Shown piece after piece: positions 1 to 12,639 of a stretch of DNA of 64,000 bases. Both the position numbers and the translations under genes were made by a program. Numbering within the stretch: position 1 is the first letter of the stretch; each line of letters begins with the position of its first letter. Below the pieces are notes generated by a model. The model searched no databases. It had not been told where the DNA came from and saw nothing but the letters and a program-made list of their open reading frames with translations. Origin of the DNA: Dicyema japonicum (taxonomy: Eukaryota > Animalia > Dicyemida); contig RDEW01000078.1 in assembly GCA_011109175.1 (NCBI GenBank), positions 74,823-138,822 on the forward strand. Reading direction: 5' to 3'.

Positions 1-474
1 ACATGGACGCGATTGCCCCTCAGTACTTGTCTGATCATGAGATAAATTAATTTCATAACCGATTTCTCTCAAAAACCTGCAAACACATTCACTCATGAAC
101 CGGAGATTTTCAGTTTTTTCATCAATGAAAATAAGGTGATTCATACTAAAACAAACCTCCTCATAAATGAGGGGCTCTTATTCGAAATTGGGAATTGATA
201 AGTCTGCTCAACGGTTCGAGGCAGAACACAAAGAGGAACGGCGAAATACTATTTCATTGCAAATTCCCTTTTATAGTAACCTCACTAGTATTTATATTTG
301 TTATAGTGCACATACATCCACCTGTTTATGATCACTATCATCATCTGAACATATGTTGGATGGAATATCATTCTTGCTTTTGTAATTGATTATTCAGCTG
401 TACGCTTTAGGAATTAAGATAACTGTAACTCCATGCTTAGGAGTATTAAGTGCTCTAGTCGATATTATAGAATT

Positions 475-1915
475 TTATGAAATGATAGACTTGTTGGACC
501 ACGAAAATGATACAAAAAAACAGCATCCTCCGAGTTCTTGCAAGAATTCAGCCGTCATTGGACCAACGGCTCCCGATGATTCGGTCGCAACAGGAGTAAA
601 TCGGTAGCGATCTCCGAGGCAAGAATATTTCTTGATTTTTAGGTTTTCCGCAGTCGAAGCAGCTGCTCCAGGTGTCTGAACAGATTTAAAAATGTTCGTG
701 CTTGAGAACGTGTCTATGCAAGTTGCGTCCCAGACCAAAGATCTTCCAGACGTGAAGGGAAAAGGGTCATCCTGTCAGGTTTCTTCCCATCTCCTCGATC
801 AAGACCCACTGGTTCAAGCTGTGCTGGGAAGCCTGAAGCCTTCAGAGCTCTGACGATCACATCATTCAGAGCAGCATGACGTGGTCCCCTTCCGGCGCTT
901 TTTCTACAGGACAGCGGTGCAATCCTATCGCATCGACTGTTTTCCTGCATCGGCATCGGTGCTCCTGGCAAACGTCTAGTCCCAGCCTTTGTCCGATTCC
1001 AATCCTCAAAGAATCGTCGTCCAAAAAGGTCCCGAGGTTTGGGCAAGGTATTGCACCAAGCCATGCTCCACTCCCTCTACTTGAAGCTGACACCAAACAA
1101 GCCAGACGATGTTGATTTGCTTCTTTTTTAAGGTCTTCCAAAATTTTGGAGCAGACAATGTCATCCCAATTTTTTTGCTTCGTTGTGTCTTCTGGGATTT
1201 TGAGTCCGTACCCGTTCCATTTCCGACAAGCTTCGTCAAATGACTCATTCCAGCGAAGTCCAATTGTGTTATGAAGGACTTGCCGTGTCAAATGGCTGCT
1301 GCTTGAGAGAGACGATAGGTAAGCTGGGTACGCAACCTCCAGCGCCGATCTCATTCCGACACCCCCAAATCCAGAGAGAAGCTTACATTGTTTCCAACCA
1401 AGTTCGTCGAAGCGGACGTTAATTAGTGACTCGACTGTTTGCTTGAGAGACTTGTCCTTTGAAAGTAGAATGTCATATTGTTCGTAGCAGGGTGAACATC
1501 GGAGTAGATATAAAAGCTTGGGTAGTCCGATGTTGTTTCTCATCAGGAAGAAAGATGTGTGAGAGTCGAGAATGATAATCTTTTCGCAAGCCGTGTTAAT
1601 TCTTCATTTTTGGAAAGTAAATGGTTCTTGAGTTCTTCTTCGCTGAGTGGCATCCGAGGAAATATAATTTATCAACTGGCACAGTCGGGATCCCAGGAAG
1701 CAGTTCGTTAAAAGACTCCTTGATAGAGAGGAAGTCGGTGTATGGATATGAGACATTTATTAGCTTTGATTTGTTAACATTGATGTCCAAGCCCAAATGT
1801 TTTAAAGCGGGTAACGCTTTACGTAATGAATTGTATGTTTCTTTGAACGATCCTCCAATTGTGGCATCATTGAGGTATTCAGAGATTTAGCTGAGCATCA
1901 ATTGAACTCACAACC
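475..1915 (-). mobile_element. CRE-clade-like non-LTR retrotransposon fragment (RT C-terminal part, CCHC finger, restriction-like endonuclease), frameshifted
   Basis: Translated pieces [82 protein letters not shown] are typical of RLE-type CRE elements. Confidence 0.85.
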
Positions 1916-3460
1916 TAAGGTTCCTTCTTCGGTTTATGAGCACGCACCTTAATGTCCAGGTGTTTCGAGAAATGGTTTGAAGCTAATAGAATTCTTCAAA
2001 TCTTAGGAATAATATTATAGTTAATGGACAGATTGTATATATGCGTGAGGTAGCCAATTGCGTAGTGGCTTAGGTGTTTTAGGTGAATAGAAGATACTTT
2101 GTCAGGCCCGCACGCCCGTGAGCTCTTTAATCTGGTGATCACATCCAAGACTTGGTCATCTGTGAATAGTTCGTGTAAGGTTCCTTCTTCGGTTTATGGA
2201 CACGCACCTTAATGTCCAGGTGTTTCGAGAATGGTTTGAAGCTAATTCCAGCGTAATGTTTCATAAGGGTGTTAGGATGTAGGTGGCATAAGTGTTCAGG
2301 AGAAGACTTTCCGGTTCCGTCTGCATCATCCAGCTCCGACTTGACTTGTTTAAGAGTTTTCCAGAAATGTCGGGATGTACTTTTCCTGTCGAGGTGGTTA
2401 ACTAGATGCTGCCATCTCTTGTCCTTGTGTTCTTTTATGCTCTGACAGATCCTTTTATTCAGTTGTCTGAGGGCTGTCAAAGACTTCATGTCCAACAGAT
2501 GGCATCTCTTCAGCCGGTCTCTTTGTTTTATAAGACTTATTGTATAAGAGCTGAGGGTAGGAATAAACTTCTTGTATGACGATATAGGAATAAAAATATG
2601 GTCAGCTTTCTGAATGGCAGCGCTGATAATTTCTGCGGCCTCATCAATAGAGCGTATTGGGAGGATAATCTCCGGCCAAGAATTTATCCACAAGGTTACT
2701 GAAACCAGACCAGTCAACCTTCGTATAATCCTTGAATCTTTTTGATTCCGCCGGCCGTCTCCTGTATCGTCGAAGACCTCTCAATTTTAGAAGGATTGGA
2801 TTGTGGTCACTGGGAAGCCGTAAAAGACGTTCCAGGAAATGAGTCCAGCCAGAGAAGGTGAGCATAGTGTTAAGTCGGGGGATGTGCAGCTATCAGTCAT
2901 CCTTAATGGGGTCCTCGTATGTGAGTTAGGGTTGTTCAGTATAATCAGGTCAGGAAGATAATTTGCAATGAGTTCTCCTCGGTTATCAGAGGATTGGGAA
3001 GTGAGCCAAACTGGATGTCGTGCATTAAGATCCCCACATAACAGTAGATTTTTCAATGTTGAAATGCGTGATAAATCAGGGGTGTAAGATGACGGACACG
3101 ATCCTTGTGGAGGAATATATAATTAGCCAAATGGATCCAAAAGGACGGGAATAACTCGATTTTGACAGTAATCTGCTCCAAAGTCTTGTCGGAGCCAAGA
3201 AGCTCTGAGGTTCGTTGAGTTGTATCCATAAAAGGAATATCGTTCTTTATAATAGTAAGTAGTCCTCCTCCGCGTCCTCCCTGACGATCTTTACGGATCA
3301 CTGTGTATCCGGGAAAAGAGGGTGTTGGTATGGAGGGAGATAGCTTGGACTCCTGTATTAAAGCGAGGTCAGCCTCATTTTCGCGGAGGAGTGCCCGGAG
3401 TTCAAAGATTTTCTTCCTGATCCCATTCGTATTCAGTTGTATAATTGTAAAACCTCTCCA

Positions 3461-3517
3461 TGGACCAGGATTGGTTTCGACGTCCCCACATAAAAGAATC
3501 AAAAGTCTGGATAAATG
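3461..3517 (-). other. 2A/StopGo ribosome-skipping peptide HLSRLLILLCGDVETNPG|P
   Basis: Exact D(V/I)ExNPGP consensus preceded by a Leu-rich helix, directly upstream of the APE domain in ORF 3053..3658. Confidence 0.9.
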
Positions 3518-3581
3518 GGGACACCAGACAGGGTCGAAGACACAGGGATGAAAGGACCACCAGACGGTGGGGAGAAGCTGT

Positions 3582-3641
3582 TGGCTCTTTTCGTTCCATT
3601 TTGGAATGGGTGACACCGTTTCTGGTGAGCCACATGACACC
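3582..3641 (-). ncRNA. Candidate HDV-like ribozyme at the LINE 5' end
   Basis: GGUGUC AUG UGGCUC ACC AGAAAC GGU GUCACC CA UUCCA AAA UGGAA C GAAAA GAGCCA: P1 (one U.U mismatch), P2, P3 and P4 in HDV nested-pseudoknot order, with an unpaired C in J4/2. Confidence 0.6.
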
Positions 3642-3849
3642 ACGCTAACATTTCTCAAAAAACTTTGGATGGATGGCAGTTTTAAATATGATTTACTGGG
3701 GATAAATTAACTGATTATTTTTTCTAAAATTGATTTATTTTAATTTTTAGAACAGTGCTATTAAATATCAAAAAGTGAATTGCAATGTGGTAAAAAAATT
3801 TAATGTTGTGATATAATGTAATTTATTAACTTACAAATAATTAATACTT

Positions 3850-3945
3850 AATTAAGACAGCCATTTATCCAAGTGGACGTTGCATTGCATCTCACGCTTG
3901 CAACAGAACTCAACTGGAGAAGCCACCTGGTCTCACGTGCGTTAA
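3850..3945 (-). mobile_element. Short 3'-end fragment of a CRE-like element
   Basis: Translates ARETRWLLQLSSVASVRCN, matching the CRE C-terminus DPRETGWFRERISLAIVRGN of the copy at 36184. Confidence 0.7.
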
Positions 3946-4047
3946 AATTTAATAAAAATTAATAATTTTATTTAATTTAAAATTTCCTTTAATTTTTAAT
4001 TAAATATACTACAATTTCTAATCATAATTAGGACATTTGCTGTGAGA

Positions 4048-4874
4048 ATGCTTCAATTACTAGGTTAACAAAATACATTAATAATAGGAATATATGCATG
4101 TTTAATAAGCAGTAGATATACGATAAAGACTATTCAGACTTTTAAAATGTGGTATACTAATGTCCCAATGTGGGGTGCAATAGAAAACGACCGAGTTGTA
4201 ATGTTATTTAGTGGAATAATAGAAGTTACATATAAAATCAATAATACTGTAATCACATTATATTTAATAAAAGATGAAATGTGTGAATTTAAATGAGTCA
4301 ATTTTTTTTGTTGTAAAATGGAGTAGTGATTTTGAGCTTGTGTGGAAGAAAAATGAAATATATTTTACTATATTAATTGAACGTTTATCAAAAAATGTAT
4401 ACAGCTTTTTTTGGGGATTATCATACTCTCATAAACGTCGGTTCAGTGAAAAATCGAAAATTTCAACTAAAGGTTATTATAACTGCAGTGAAATAGTTCA
4501 AACTATTCCTCAATATGGTAATTTAAAAATAAAAAACATGAAAATGCAAATATCAAAAACAGATAATAGCATAATATTTACTGGAAACGGTAACTTATAA
4601 AAACCGATTTTTAGATCTCGAATGTGATTTTGCTAATTTTAAGCTAACAACAACACATTTGAATAATGAATTAAAGACAACTACAACTCGCAGTTATATA
4701 ATAAACACAATAAACCATCATAGAAATAGTAATAGTGTGTTAAATTTAGAAAACCAATATATAATAGCTGTTTGTGTAATTGGTGGAGTTGTTGTAATAT
4801 TTGCTGTGGCTTACATAATAAGATATAAAAGAAGACGTTATTATCCATTACAGATTGGCGTATTCAATTATTAA
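4048..4874 (+). CDS. LAMP-like single-pass membrane glycoprotein, 4 exons
   Basis: GT-AG introns 4064-4087, 4249-4273 and 4590-4614 give a continuous ORF; YNCS...KMQ...F...ECD LAMP-domain pattern; TM IIAVCVIGGVVVIFAVAYII; short basic tail with Tyr motifs (KRRRYYPL). Confidence 0.6.
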
Positions 4875-5799
4875 TAGAATTCTATTATAATAATGACTTG
4901 ACAATTATCTTATGTTAAGGCTCAACATTTTTGAAGTTGTAGTTTGTCAGATGTGGATGCGGTGATGTAGCTATGACAAAATAATCGTGTTAATCATTTC
5001 AAAATATGATATTTTTTTAATTTTCTTTAGTGTCCATTCACTAAGTGAGTGTTTATTCCTTATAATTATGAATTAGTCTTTCGCATAAATTATTGATGTT
5101 ATAACGGCTCATTACATTCTTTTTCAAATTCGTATTATTTATTGGAATTTTTAATAAATTTGTTTAAGTGGATGATGTATTTGTAAAAATTTGCAGTTTT
5201 TCAGACACTTTACAGAGTCCTTTGAAAAATTGCAACACTCACAAAAAAGGCTGTATGAAATTTGACCGGGTTAACCGATTTGACAAGGAGATGAAGATCA
5301 TTGTAGATCACATGAAATTCGAAACATAGTGTTTTAACATTTTCAAAATCCAAAACATGTGACTTTTCCACTGCTTGAATCAAAAAACAATTATTAATAT
5401 CTGAAATCATTCACTGATTTCAAAAAAATACTTATTGACATTACACATCGTTAGATGATCAAACCTAAAACTAAATATACAGGACTTGTGCATAATGTGC
5501 CATTCGTGGAATAGTTTGAATGCAGGTATTATGTTATGTGTTCTTTAGAGACAGCTTCGGAAAAATGTCGACACTGTGGTCTTGACCTATTTTGATCTGA
5601 GATTCACTATCTTTTTGTCTGTTCGTTGTAAGATAATTGAAATCGATCTCCCTAATTTGAAGGTTTTTTTAGTGAAATAGGGTTAGCACTTTAATTCATC
5701 AATATTTAAAAGAACCATAGAGATTGTGTTTTTTGGCCGAAATTAATTGAATTCTCAATGAATTGCCATAATGGTTCCAGCTCCCATAGTCGAGGAATC

Positions 5800-5945
5800 A
5801 GAGAGTTTCATGCCACCATAGCTCTGGGGATCATCCGAGAAAAGTGGATCACATGAAGCCATTCTAGAAGAACAGAGGAAGAGCAGGGACATAAAAAAGG
5901 AAGTTTTATCTTCAATCATATCGTCACATGGCACCACGCTAGCGT
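5800..5945 (-). mobile_element. Degenerate 5' part of the short non-autonomous element family
   Basis: Minus strand has AGCGTGGTGCCATGTGAC..GATTGAAG, then TGGCTTCATGTGATCCAC..CCCCAGAGC..GGCATGAAA, collinear with 32121-32274. Confidence 0.7.
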
Positions 5946-6539
5946 TAGACGGTAACATGGTGGATAATCCACAAGGTCTCAAATGAGATTGAATTATTGA
6001 AATTTCATCAAATCCAATGGATGATGAATGCAAACCTTAAATCGATAGTAATATACTTCAAATGTAAATTTAGGAGCTTCATAAGCAGTAGATTCGCTTT
6101 TATCGTCTGTTTTAGGTATTTTTTAAAATATCAAATAACATACCTTATCTCAATTGTGGAGAAGTTGCTAAAGAAGCCGAAGTCGAAGTCAGAAACAAAT
6201 GAATGCCTTTGAATTCAAACTCCACCTGACTAGGTCAAATGAATTGAAATAAATAGTTAATTTTCTAATTTTCAATTCATTTTCGAAAATTTGTGCAAAG
6301 TATTCCCTCAAAAAGAGAATATCGAAATGATAATTCACATTAGAGAGAATTATAAACAAAGATTATCTGAAAAAATTAAAGGGGAAATGACAGTAAAGTG
6401 AAACACCTACAATAATACTAAAAAAAGATATATTTTTTATTAATTTAATTAATTTGAAACTGACTGAACCGCAATGCTTCATAATTTTCTTTTTTGGATA
6501 ATTGATTTTTTGTCGTCATACAGTGTGTCTACCGCGCTC

Positions 6540-8990
6540 GCGCAAATGTTGGACTGGAAAGGGGGTCCACGCACGTAGCATCCCATACCAGATATTTCCC
6601 CTCCTCGAATAGAAAATTGTGAATTCTTTGATCGTTTTCCAACTCCCCTGTCCAGGCCAACATGTTCAAGTATGGAGAAGTATCCAGCAGACTCTATGGC
6701 TGACAATTTCTGCTTGTCCTTATCATCGACTTACTCCTCCCTTATTACCTCCTACGTTACTCCTCCATGCTCTTTATAGCGGGAAACTGGATCTCAAAAG
6801 TGGGGGGAAAGCGGGACGAATCAAATTTCCTGGGCAGCCACGCTCGAGGAATCAGAAATCTGTCCGGGGAAGCCCTTATACATTTTTGCGAGTCAGTTGG
6901 ACTACTCTTTTGTAACACGGCGTCGCTACATGCAGCACAACATAATACGACGTGTAGAGGGCAGAGGAGAGACTCCTGTGGAAATCGAGTCCATATATTT
7001 AACCAATTCGACTACATACTATTCCGGTAAACACAGAGGGGGTTATTCACGGATTCCTGTACGTACAGTGGCATAATGACTTCCAGTTATCACAGACTAC
7101 TAGTGACACGTCTCATTCTAAAGGGACGCTTCTGAATCTCTGGAGCACTGACATCATGTACGCGGAGCAGGACCTTGGCCGTGGAGGCTCTATGTGCTTC
7201 CGACAACACTCGTATAAAGTACTGAGAGAAAATATCAAAACTGTTGTAAAATGTCGACAAAAATTTGTCACCCAAGCTGCTATGGAAGAATATTTCTATC
7301 AGAGTCAGCCAGGCTGCTGGGATGGTACTGGGAAATCGCTCAAGGAAGTTCAAGGGAACTTTTGACAAAGAAATAGAAGAACTGTCGAAAAACCAAAGGA
7401 AACTCAGATTCTTAATCCAGTCAGCAGACTCGACAAACAAACTGACTTTCTTAAAAGAGAACGAAACATAATCAACTACAAAATAAAAAAAAGAGTCAGG
7501 GAACTAGCCTGGCATACACTGGATAATTTGGCAAGAGACGCCGAATGGTACAAGCATGGTGCAAGAATGTTTGCTGCTGTCAAACAATTATCCCGCAATA
7601 CTAAACCGGAAAGAATCACAATTTTTGATGATACAGAAAAAGTAATAATAAACGGCCAGGAATCAATGAATAAAATTGTCGCTTTCTACAAAAAACAACT
7701 AAATCTCAATGAGCACTAGGAATCGATCGAGGGAATTCCCATAGACTTGAATCAAGCATCACGCATTACGTAGTCCCTTCAGCCTTAAGTAAGCTCAAGA
7801 ATGGCAGAGCCCCTGGCCTAGACAACGTGAATGCAGAATTATTGAAATACGCGCCAGACAGGGTAGATGAGTTAATCTGCACAGTTCTAAATAAAATATT
7901 CAAATGTCATAGTCCATTTGATGCGGGGAATGGAACTTTGATCCCAACTCAAAAACCTGGAAAGGAAAGAGGCAATCTAAACAGTCTACTCCCGATTACA
8001 CTAGTGAATACAATAAGGAAAATACTCTCCCTTGTTGTGCTGGATCATATTTCAGGCCCTGTAAATGAGTTCCTGAACCCAAGTCAAATTGGATTCAGAC
8101 CTGGATGGTCTACCGCAGACGTTGTATGGAGCCACAGTTGGATGTGTGCAATGTACCAGAAACACAAAGAAATCTCAATCTATAAAATTGACTTATCTCG
8201 TGCTTTTGACATTGTCAACCGCAAAAAGCTAATGCACGTAATGGAGACGAGGATGCATCACGTATGATCAGATTTTTACTCTCCAACTTATCGCTATCAG
8301 TGCGCGTGGGAAATTACAACTCAACAAGATTTATAACCGACACCGGTTACCGTTATCCCAGGACCTATTCATAATATACATGGAGGCAGCTCTAAGACTT
8401 CTCCAAAAAAAGAATTGTCTATCTAACGTGATGAAAGATATCTACGCCGATGATATTGATTTTGTCTGCCGGGATCAGGATACGCTGGAAACTATACTAA
8501 AAGTGATCCCTCAAGGGTTGGAGGACTGGTCCCTGTTAGTAAACCCAGACAAAATGAAATGAACTAGCATATCCCGTTGCACGACGAGAAACGAGGAAAA
8601 GTGGAGAACATGCGAGAAAGTTGGATCTCTCCTCGGAGGACGCTATTCACAGGAAAGTTCTGGCGTTTGTTTCTTTTAAAAAATCTGGATGGGACGAAAG
8701 TTTATAGGCACTCGCCTTCGAATTCGGTTGTACAACTCCTTTATCGAACAAATTCTACTTTATAACGCGGGAACCTTGGGCCTAACCACCAATGAACTGT
8801 AAAACCTCAACTTTTTCACAGAAAACAACTGCGACTTTTCCTGGGAGTCTACTGGCCAAACCGGATAACCAACAACGAGCTATATAGAATTACTCAAACA
8901 ACGAAGATTGGGAATAAAGTTACTTCTGCGAAATGACAGCTCTTTGGACATATCCTAAGAGCTTTGGAAATGGCACCTGGCATATCTACT
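6540..8990 (+). mobile_element. RTE-clade-like LINE (APE + RT), decayed
   Basis: NQFDYILFR and SSYHRLLVTRL (APE); KNGRAPGLDNVNAELLKY, PITLVNTIRK, IGFRPGWSTAD, DLSRAFD, YADDIDF (RT). Confidence 0.85.
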
Positions 8991-8999
8991 GAAAGAACT

Positions 9000-10100
9000 T
9001 TTGTTGGCTACAACATTAATAATGTTAACTGGGTTGATTTCGATTATTTTATACGGGTGAAACTGAGAAATGTCTGTGATCTATTGATCTTGGACTCCTC
9101 AGATATTGATTACTTGGATGACAAAATTAGGACTTTGACATTGTGTTATTTGTACGAATATGGAAATAAAAAATTCCGTATGCCGCATGGATGCTTATCA
9201 ATGAGCTTAAAATAAGATTCCCTCCATCGAGAGAAAAAATCACTTGAAAGTAAACTGAAAAGATGTTGGAACATTCCCGACTCGGAAAAGCTAAAGGTTC
9301 AGATCAGCTTAGTGAAAAATGAATTAATGGAAATATCCAAACGAAAACAGGAAAATAAATGGAGAAAAGAATGCTCAAAGATCAATCACAAGAATGCAGA
9401 CTTTTGGAAAGTATTCGCGAGATTGAAATCCTCTGATGATAATTGTGATGAAATACACCTAAAATCATCCAATGGTGGTTGTATTTCAAAGGGGGAAATC
9501 CAGGTTGTATTCAAAGGGGGAAATCCAGAAAAGCAACAGTTAGCAAAAATTCAAGAAGTAGATCCTGCTTCCATTATTCCATGTGAATTTCGAAGCAATA
9601 ATCATCACTATGATAGGATGGTGTCAATGAAGGGTCCTATGTGTACTCCTATTTCCCCTGAAGAAGTAAAAAAAAGGTTCAATTTTGAGTCTCCTTCTCT
9701 TCAACTGTATAATGAGCGAGGTGCCAAAACCGGAACTCATCAATACCAAAATGATAATTTATGCAGACGACATTCTAATTTTGGATACTACTATGAATAA
9801 ATCAATATCATGGAAAAGAACAGTAGCTCATATGTCGAAAATCGAAGATTGGTGCAGGAATAATGGATTGACATTATCAAGAGAAAAAAGTTATGTAACC
9901 TGGATAGCGAGAAATAGGATGAATCAATATGTTGATACAGGGAATGTTAAATTCTCGGAAAACCTGATATACCTTGGAGTATGCATTAACCTGCATTTAA
10001 AGATAAATTATTGAAATCTGATGAAAGATATTATTTTCATAACGATATTCGAATACAATGTCGGATCTACTTGAAGCATTCGTTTTCCAAAAAATCTATC
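9000..10100 (+). mobile_element. Decayed LINE reverse transcriptase fragment of a second family
   Basis: FWKVFARLK, IIYADDILIL, W..NGLTLSREKS, LIYLGVCI. Confidence 0.65.
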
Positions 10101-10896
10101 TGATGAAATGTAAGTTACTAGAATTTCACGTTTTTGCTGCTATAATTTGTGATAGACGACGCACTGAGAAAATTCAAATCATAACAATTTATGCGTACCA
10201 ATTTATGATGACTTACATGATTTCATGTAAAACACTAATATGTACAATAATCTACGTGAAATAGTAATTTATTGCAAAATATGATTATACGTATAAAATG
10301 TGCATATCAGGAAAAAGTATGCATTAAAGCTGTTAACATTAAAAACCGAATATGTCGTTAATGTTTAAATATGTCGTTATTCACCTGTTTGAAGCAAATT
10401 TTAATGCAATAAATTTGAACAATTGTTAAAAAATTGACTCCGATGGAATTATAGTTAGTAGTGGAAACATACCATCACCAATAATACTGTTAAAATGCAT
10501 TAGGTGAAGTATATCAAATTATTTCTATAACCGTTAGATTTCTGAACAATAACAAAAAAACCTATTTGAGTTATTTTGATTTTATATTTAATAAAATTTA
10601 ATTAAATAATTTAAATATTAATTTCATTTATTGACATAACGACGAAAACACAGATTGGCGTTCTTTTGGCATGTTGTCCGCTCTGATTCACTGGAAAAAA
10701 ATCGTGTTTAAAATCATTTCCCGTCGGGCGCTTACACTTGCATCCTGCCTCTGGGTTACCACCTTGAATTTAAGAACTTGCATTCTCCGACAATCAGAGT
10801 TACAATCCAACCTTCCTTTATATTTGCAAACCTTAGACATGTACGGAGAACATTAACGTCTTATAGTTTTATTTAACAATAAATTATTATTCATTA

Positions 10897-12560
10897 ACTA
10901 TGGGGAAGAGCGGCTGCTGACATTACGCAGTAAGCGTTTCCGCGGACAACTGCAATCCAAATTCGTTGACTCAGCCAGACCGCTTCCCGCACGTCTTTTT
11001 TACAGTGGAGAAAGAATCCATAACAGTTTAGTCCCATACGATCGATTTCCCTCAGTGAACGGATAGTTAGCCCATCCGGTCTTTTCCCATCCCCGCGGTC
11101 AATCCCACGGGTTCCAGTACCGCCAGGAAGCCTGCAGCTTCAAGAGCACGCATGATAATGTTGTTCATAGCAGCATGGCGGGGTGATCTGCTCGCACTCC
11201 CTTTGCACGAGACCGGGTGCAGTCCTTTGGAATCGACGATACCTCCAAAACGACATTGGTTTTCGACGCAAACATCAACTCCCAGGCGTTGTGCGATCTC
11301 AATCCGAATACAGTCATCGTCCAAAAGGGTCCCAGAGAGGAACACGGGAGTGCATCCAGCCACGCTCCGCTCCCATTGTTGGCGGCGGATACGAGGCATT
11401 CAAGACGATGCTGGTTGGCCTCCGACTTTTGCACGTCGAAGATATTCTTGGAGTAGATATCATCCCAGTCACGTTGCCACGAAGGATTGTTCGGCATATC
11501 CAAACCAGTTTCACACCATTCGCGACGACCTTCGTCGAAGAGAATTTCTTAAGAAAGTCCGGTTGGAAAACGTAAGAAATCTGGACCAAAAGGCTTCACT
11601 TGACAGCGATGACACATATCCTAAAAAAGCAATCTCCAGCGCCGACCTGAGACCCGTTCCTCCGAGGCATGTAGGAAGCTTGCATTGATTCCAACTCGGC
11701 ACGTCAAGTGGATGTTTAAAAGCAATTCAGCTGATTTTCTCAATGTCCTATCCAGTGACAGGAGGATGTCATGATGTTTGAAGCAGGGAGAACATCGGAG
11801 AGCATATAGGAGTTTGGGCAAGCCGATGCTATTCTTTAAGTTGAAAGAGTCGACCACGTTGATAAAATCACTCTCCGAGTATGTGATATTTATTAGCTCC
11901 GATTTCTTTATATTTATCTCAAGTCCGAGGTTTCGTAGTGCCGGCACGGCATGTGACAGAACGTCAGAACTTTTCTCCACGGCACTCCAATCGTGGCGTC
12001 ATCAAGATACCAGAGGTTTAGTTGTATGTTGAAAGAGCGGCCAGAGCGAACAGAAGTGGACCAAGTGGGTTTCCTTGTTGGAGTACAGTCTCCGAACAGA
12101 TAACCTTGTCTCCGAAAGCGAGTGAAGAATTGGTTCCGTGAGCGAGATAGACAATTGGAATAAGTTCTGGGGCTCTGTGGCTTGTGAATTGAAGGCATTG
12201 CAGATGTCCAGCTTTACCGCAATGTGTGGGTTTGTTCGTCTTTCTGTCCAAAAAAGACCTCACAGCATGCACTGCCGCCTCGCATCCGTTCTTACACCAA
12301 CCCCCAGTTGGAGGGGGGATAATTCTTCAGATATTCTCGGACAATACTGCATGCGATTTTGGCTGTCAGTCTTCTGAAATAGTTTCTGGCCGCGATGGGG
12401 TGGACCCCACCTTCGGGTTTTTTGAAGGCCAGTAGATGTGCACTGAAAAAAAGCTCCCTTGCGTGGGGAGGAATATCTCCGTTCAAAATACGCATAACCA
12501 GTTTTGTAATTGATTTGATAAGGTTGCAGCTAGCTTCTGGAGTCAAAAATTATGGTATGC
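10897..12560 (-). mobile_element. CRE-clade-like non-LTR retrotransposon (RT + RLE), frameshifted
   Basis: KPEGGVHPIAARNYFRRL, QQGNPLGPLLF, WYLDDAT, LPKLLYALR, GAWLDALP, RHAAMNNII, C-terminal IAVVRGNA. Confidence 0.88.
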
Positions 12561-12639
12561 CCAACAAAAATTGGTGTAAATCTTTTATAAAATACTTTTA
12601 CATATTATTTAACCAACAATAAAAAAGTTAATATTTAAT

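Larger units (their letters stand above)
1916..3650 (-). mobile_element. Ingi/Vingi-like APE-RT LINE, 5' portion (5' structured RNA, 2A peptide, AP endonuclease, start of RT)
   Basis: APE motifs IIQLNTNG, LALIQESK, LCGDLNARH, TSPDLT, SDHNPI; RT start KSSRACGPDKV at about 2130-2080; single frameshifted ORF; N-terminal 2A motif. Confidence 0.8.

Noticed and set aside
195-607. Short ORFs at the window start, and most 60-100 aa ORFs in the track, as real genes
   Set aside because: No recognisable domains. Most are antisense or off-frame shadows of TE or host coding sequence.
3850-3945. A ~100-bp dispersed repeat (also 19795-19870, 20405-20500, 37035-37120) as an ncRNA or a CLEAR/TFEB site for the LAMP-like gene
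   Set aside because: It translates to the CRE C-terminus (ARETRWLLQLISVSIVRGN), and the CACGTG arises from Ala-Arg-Glu codons.
5280-5325. Additional ribozyme copy (CATGTGATCTAC on the minus strand)
   Set aside because: P1, P3 and P4 partners cannot be found; it is a chance match or too decayed to call.
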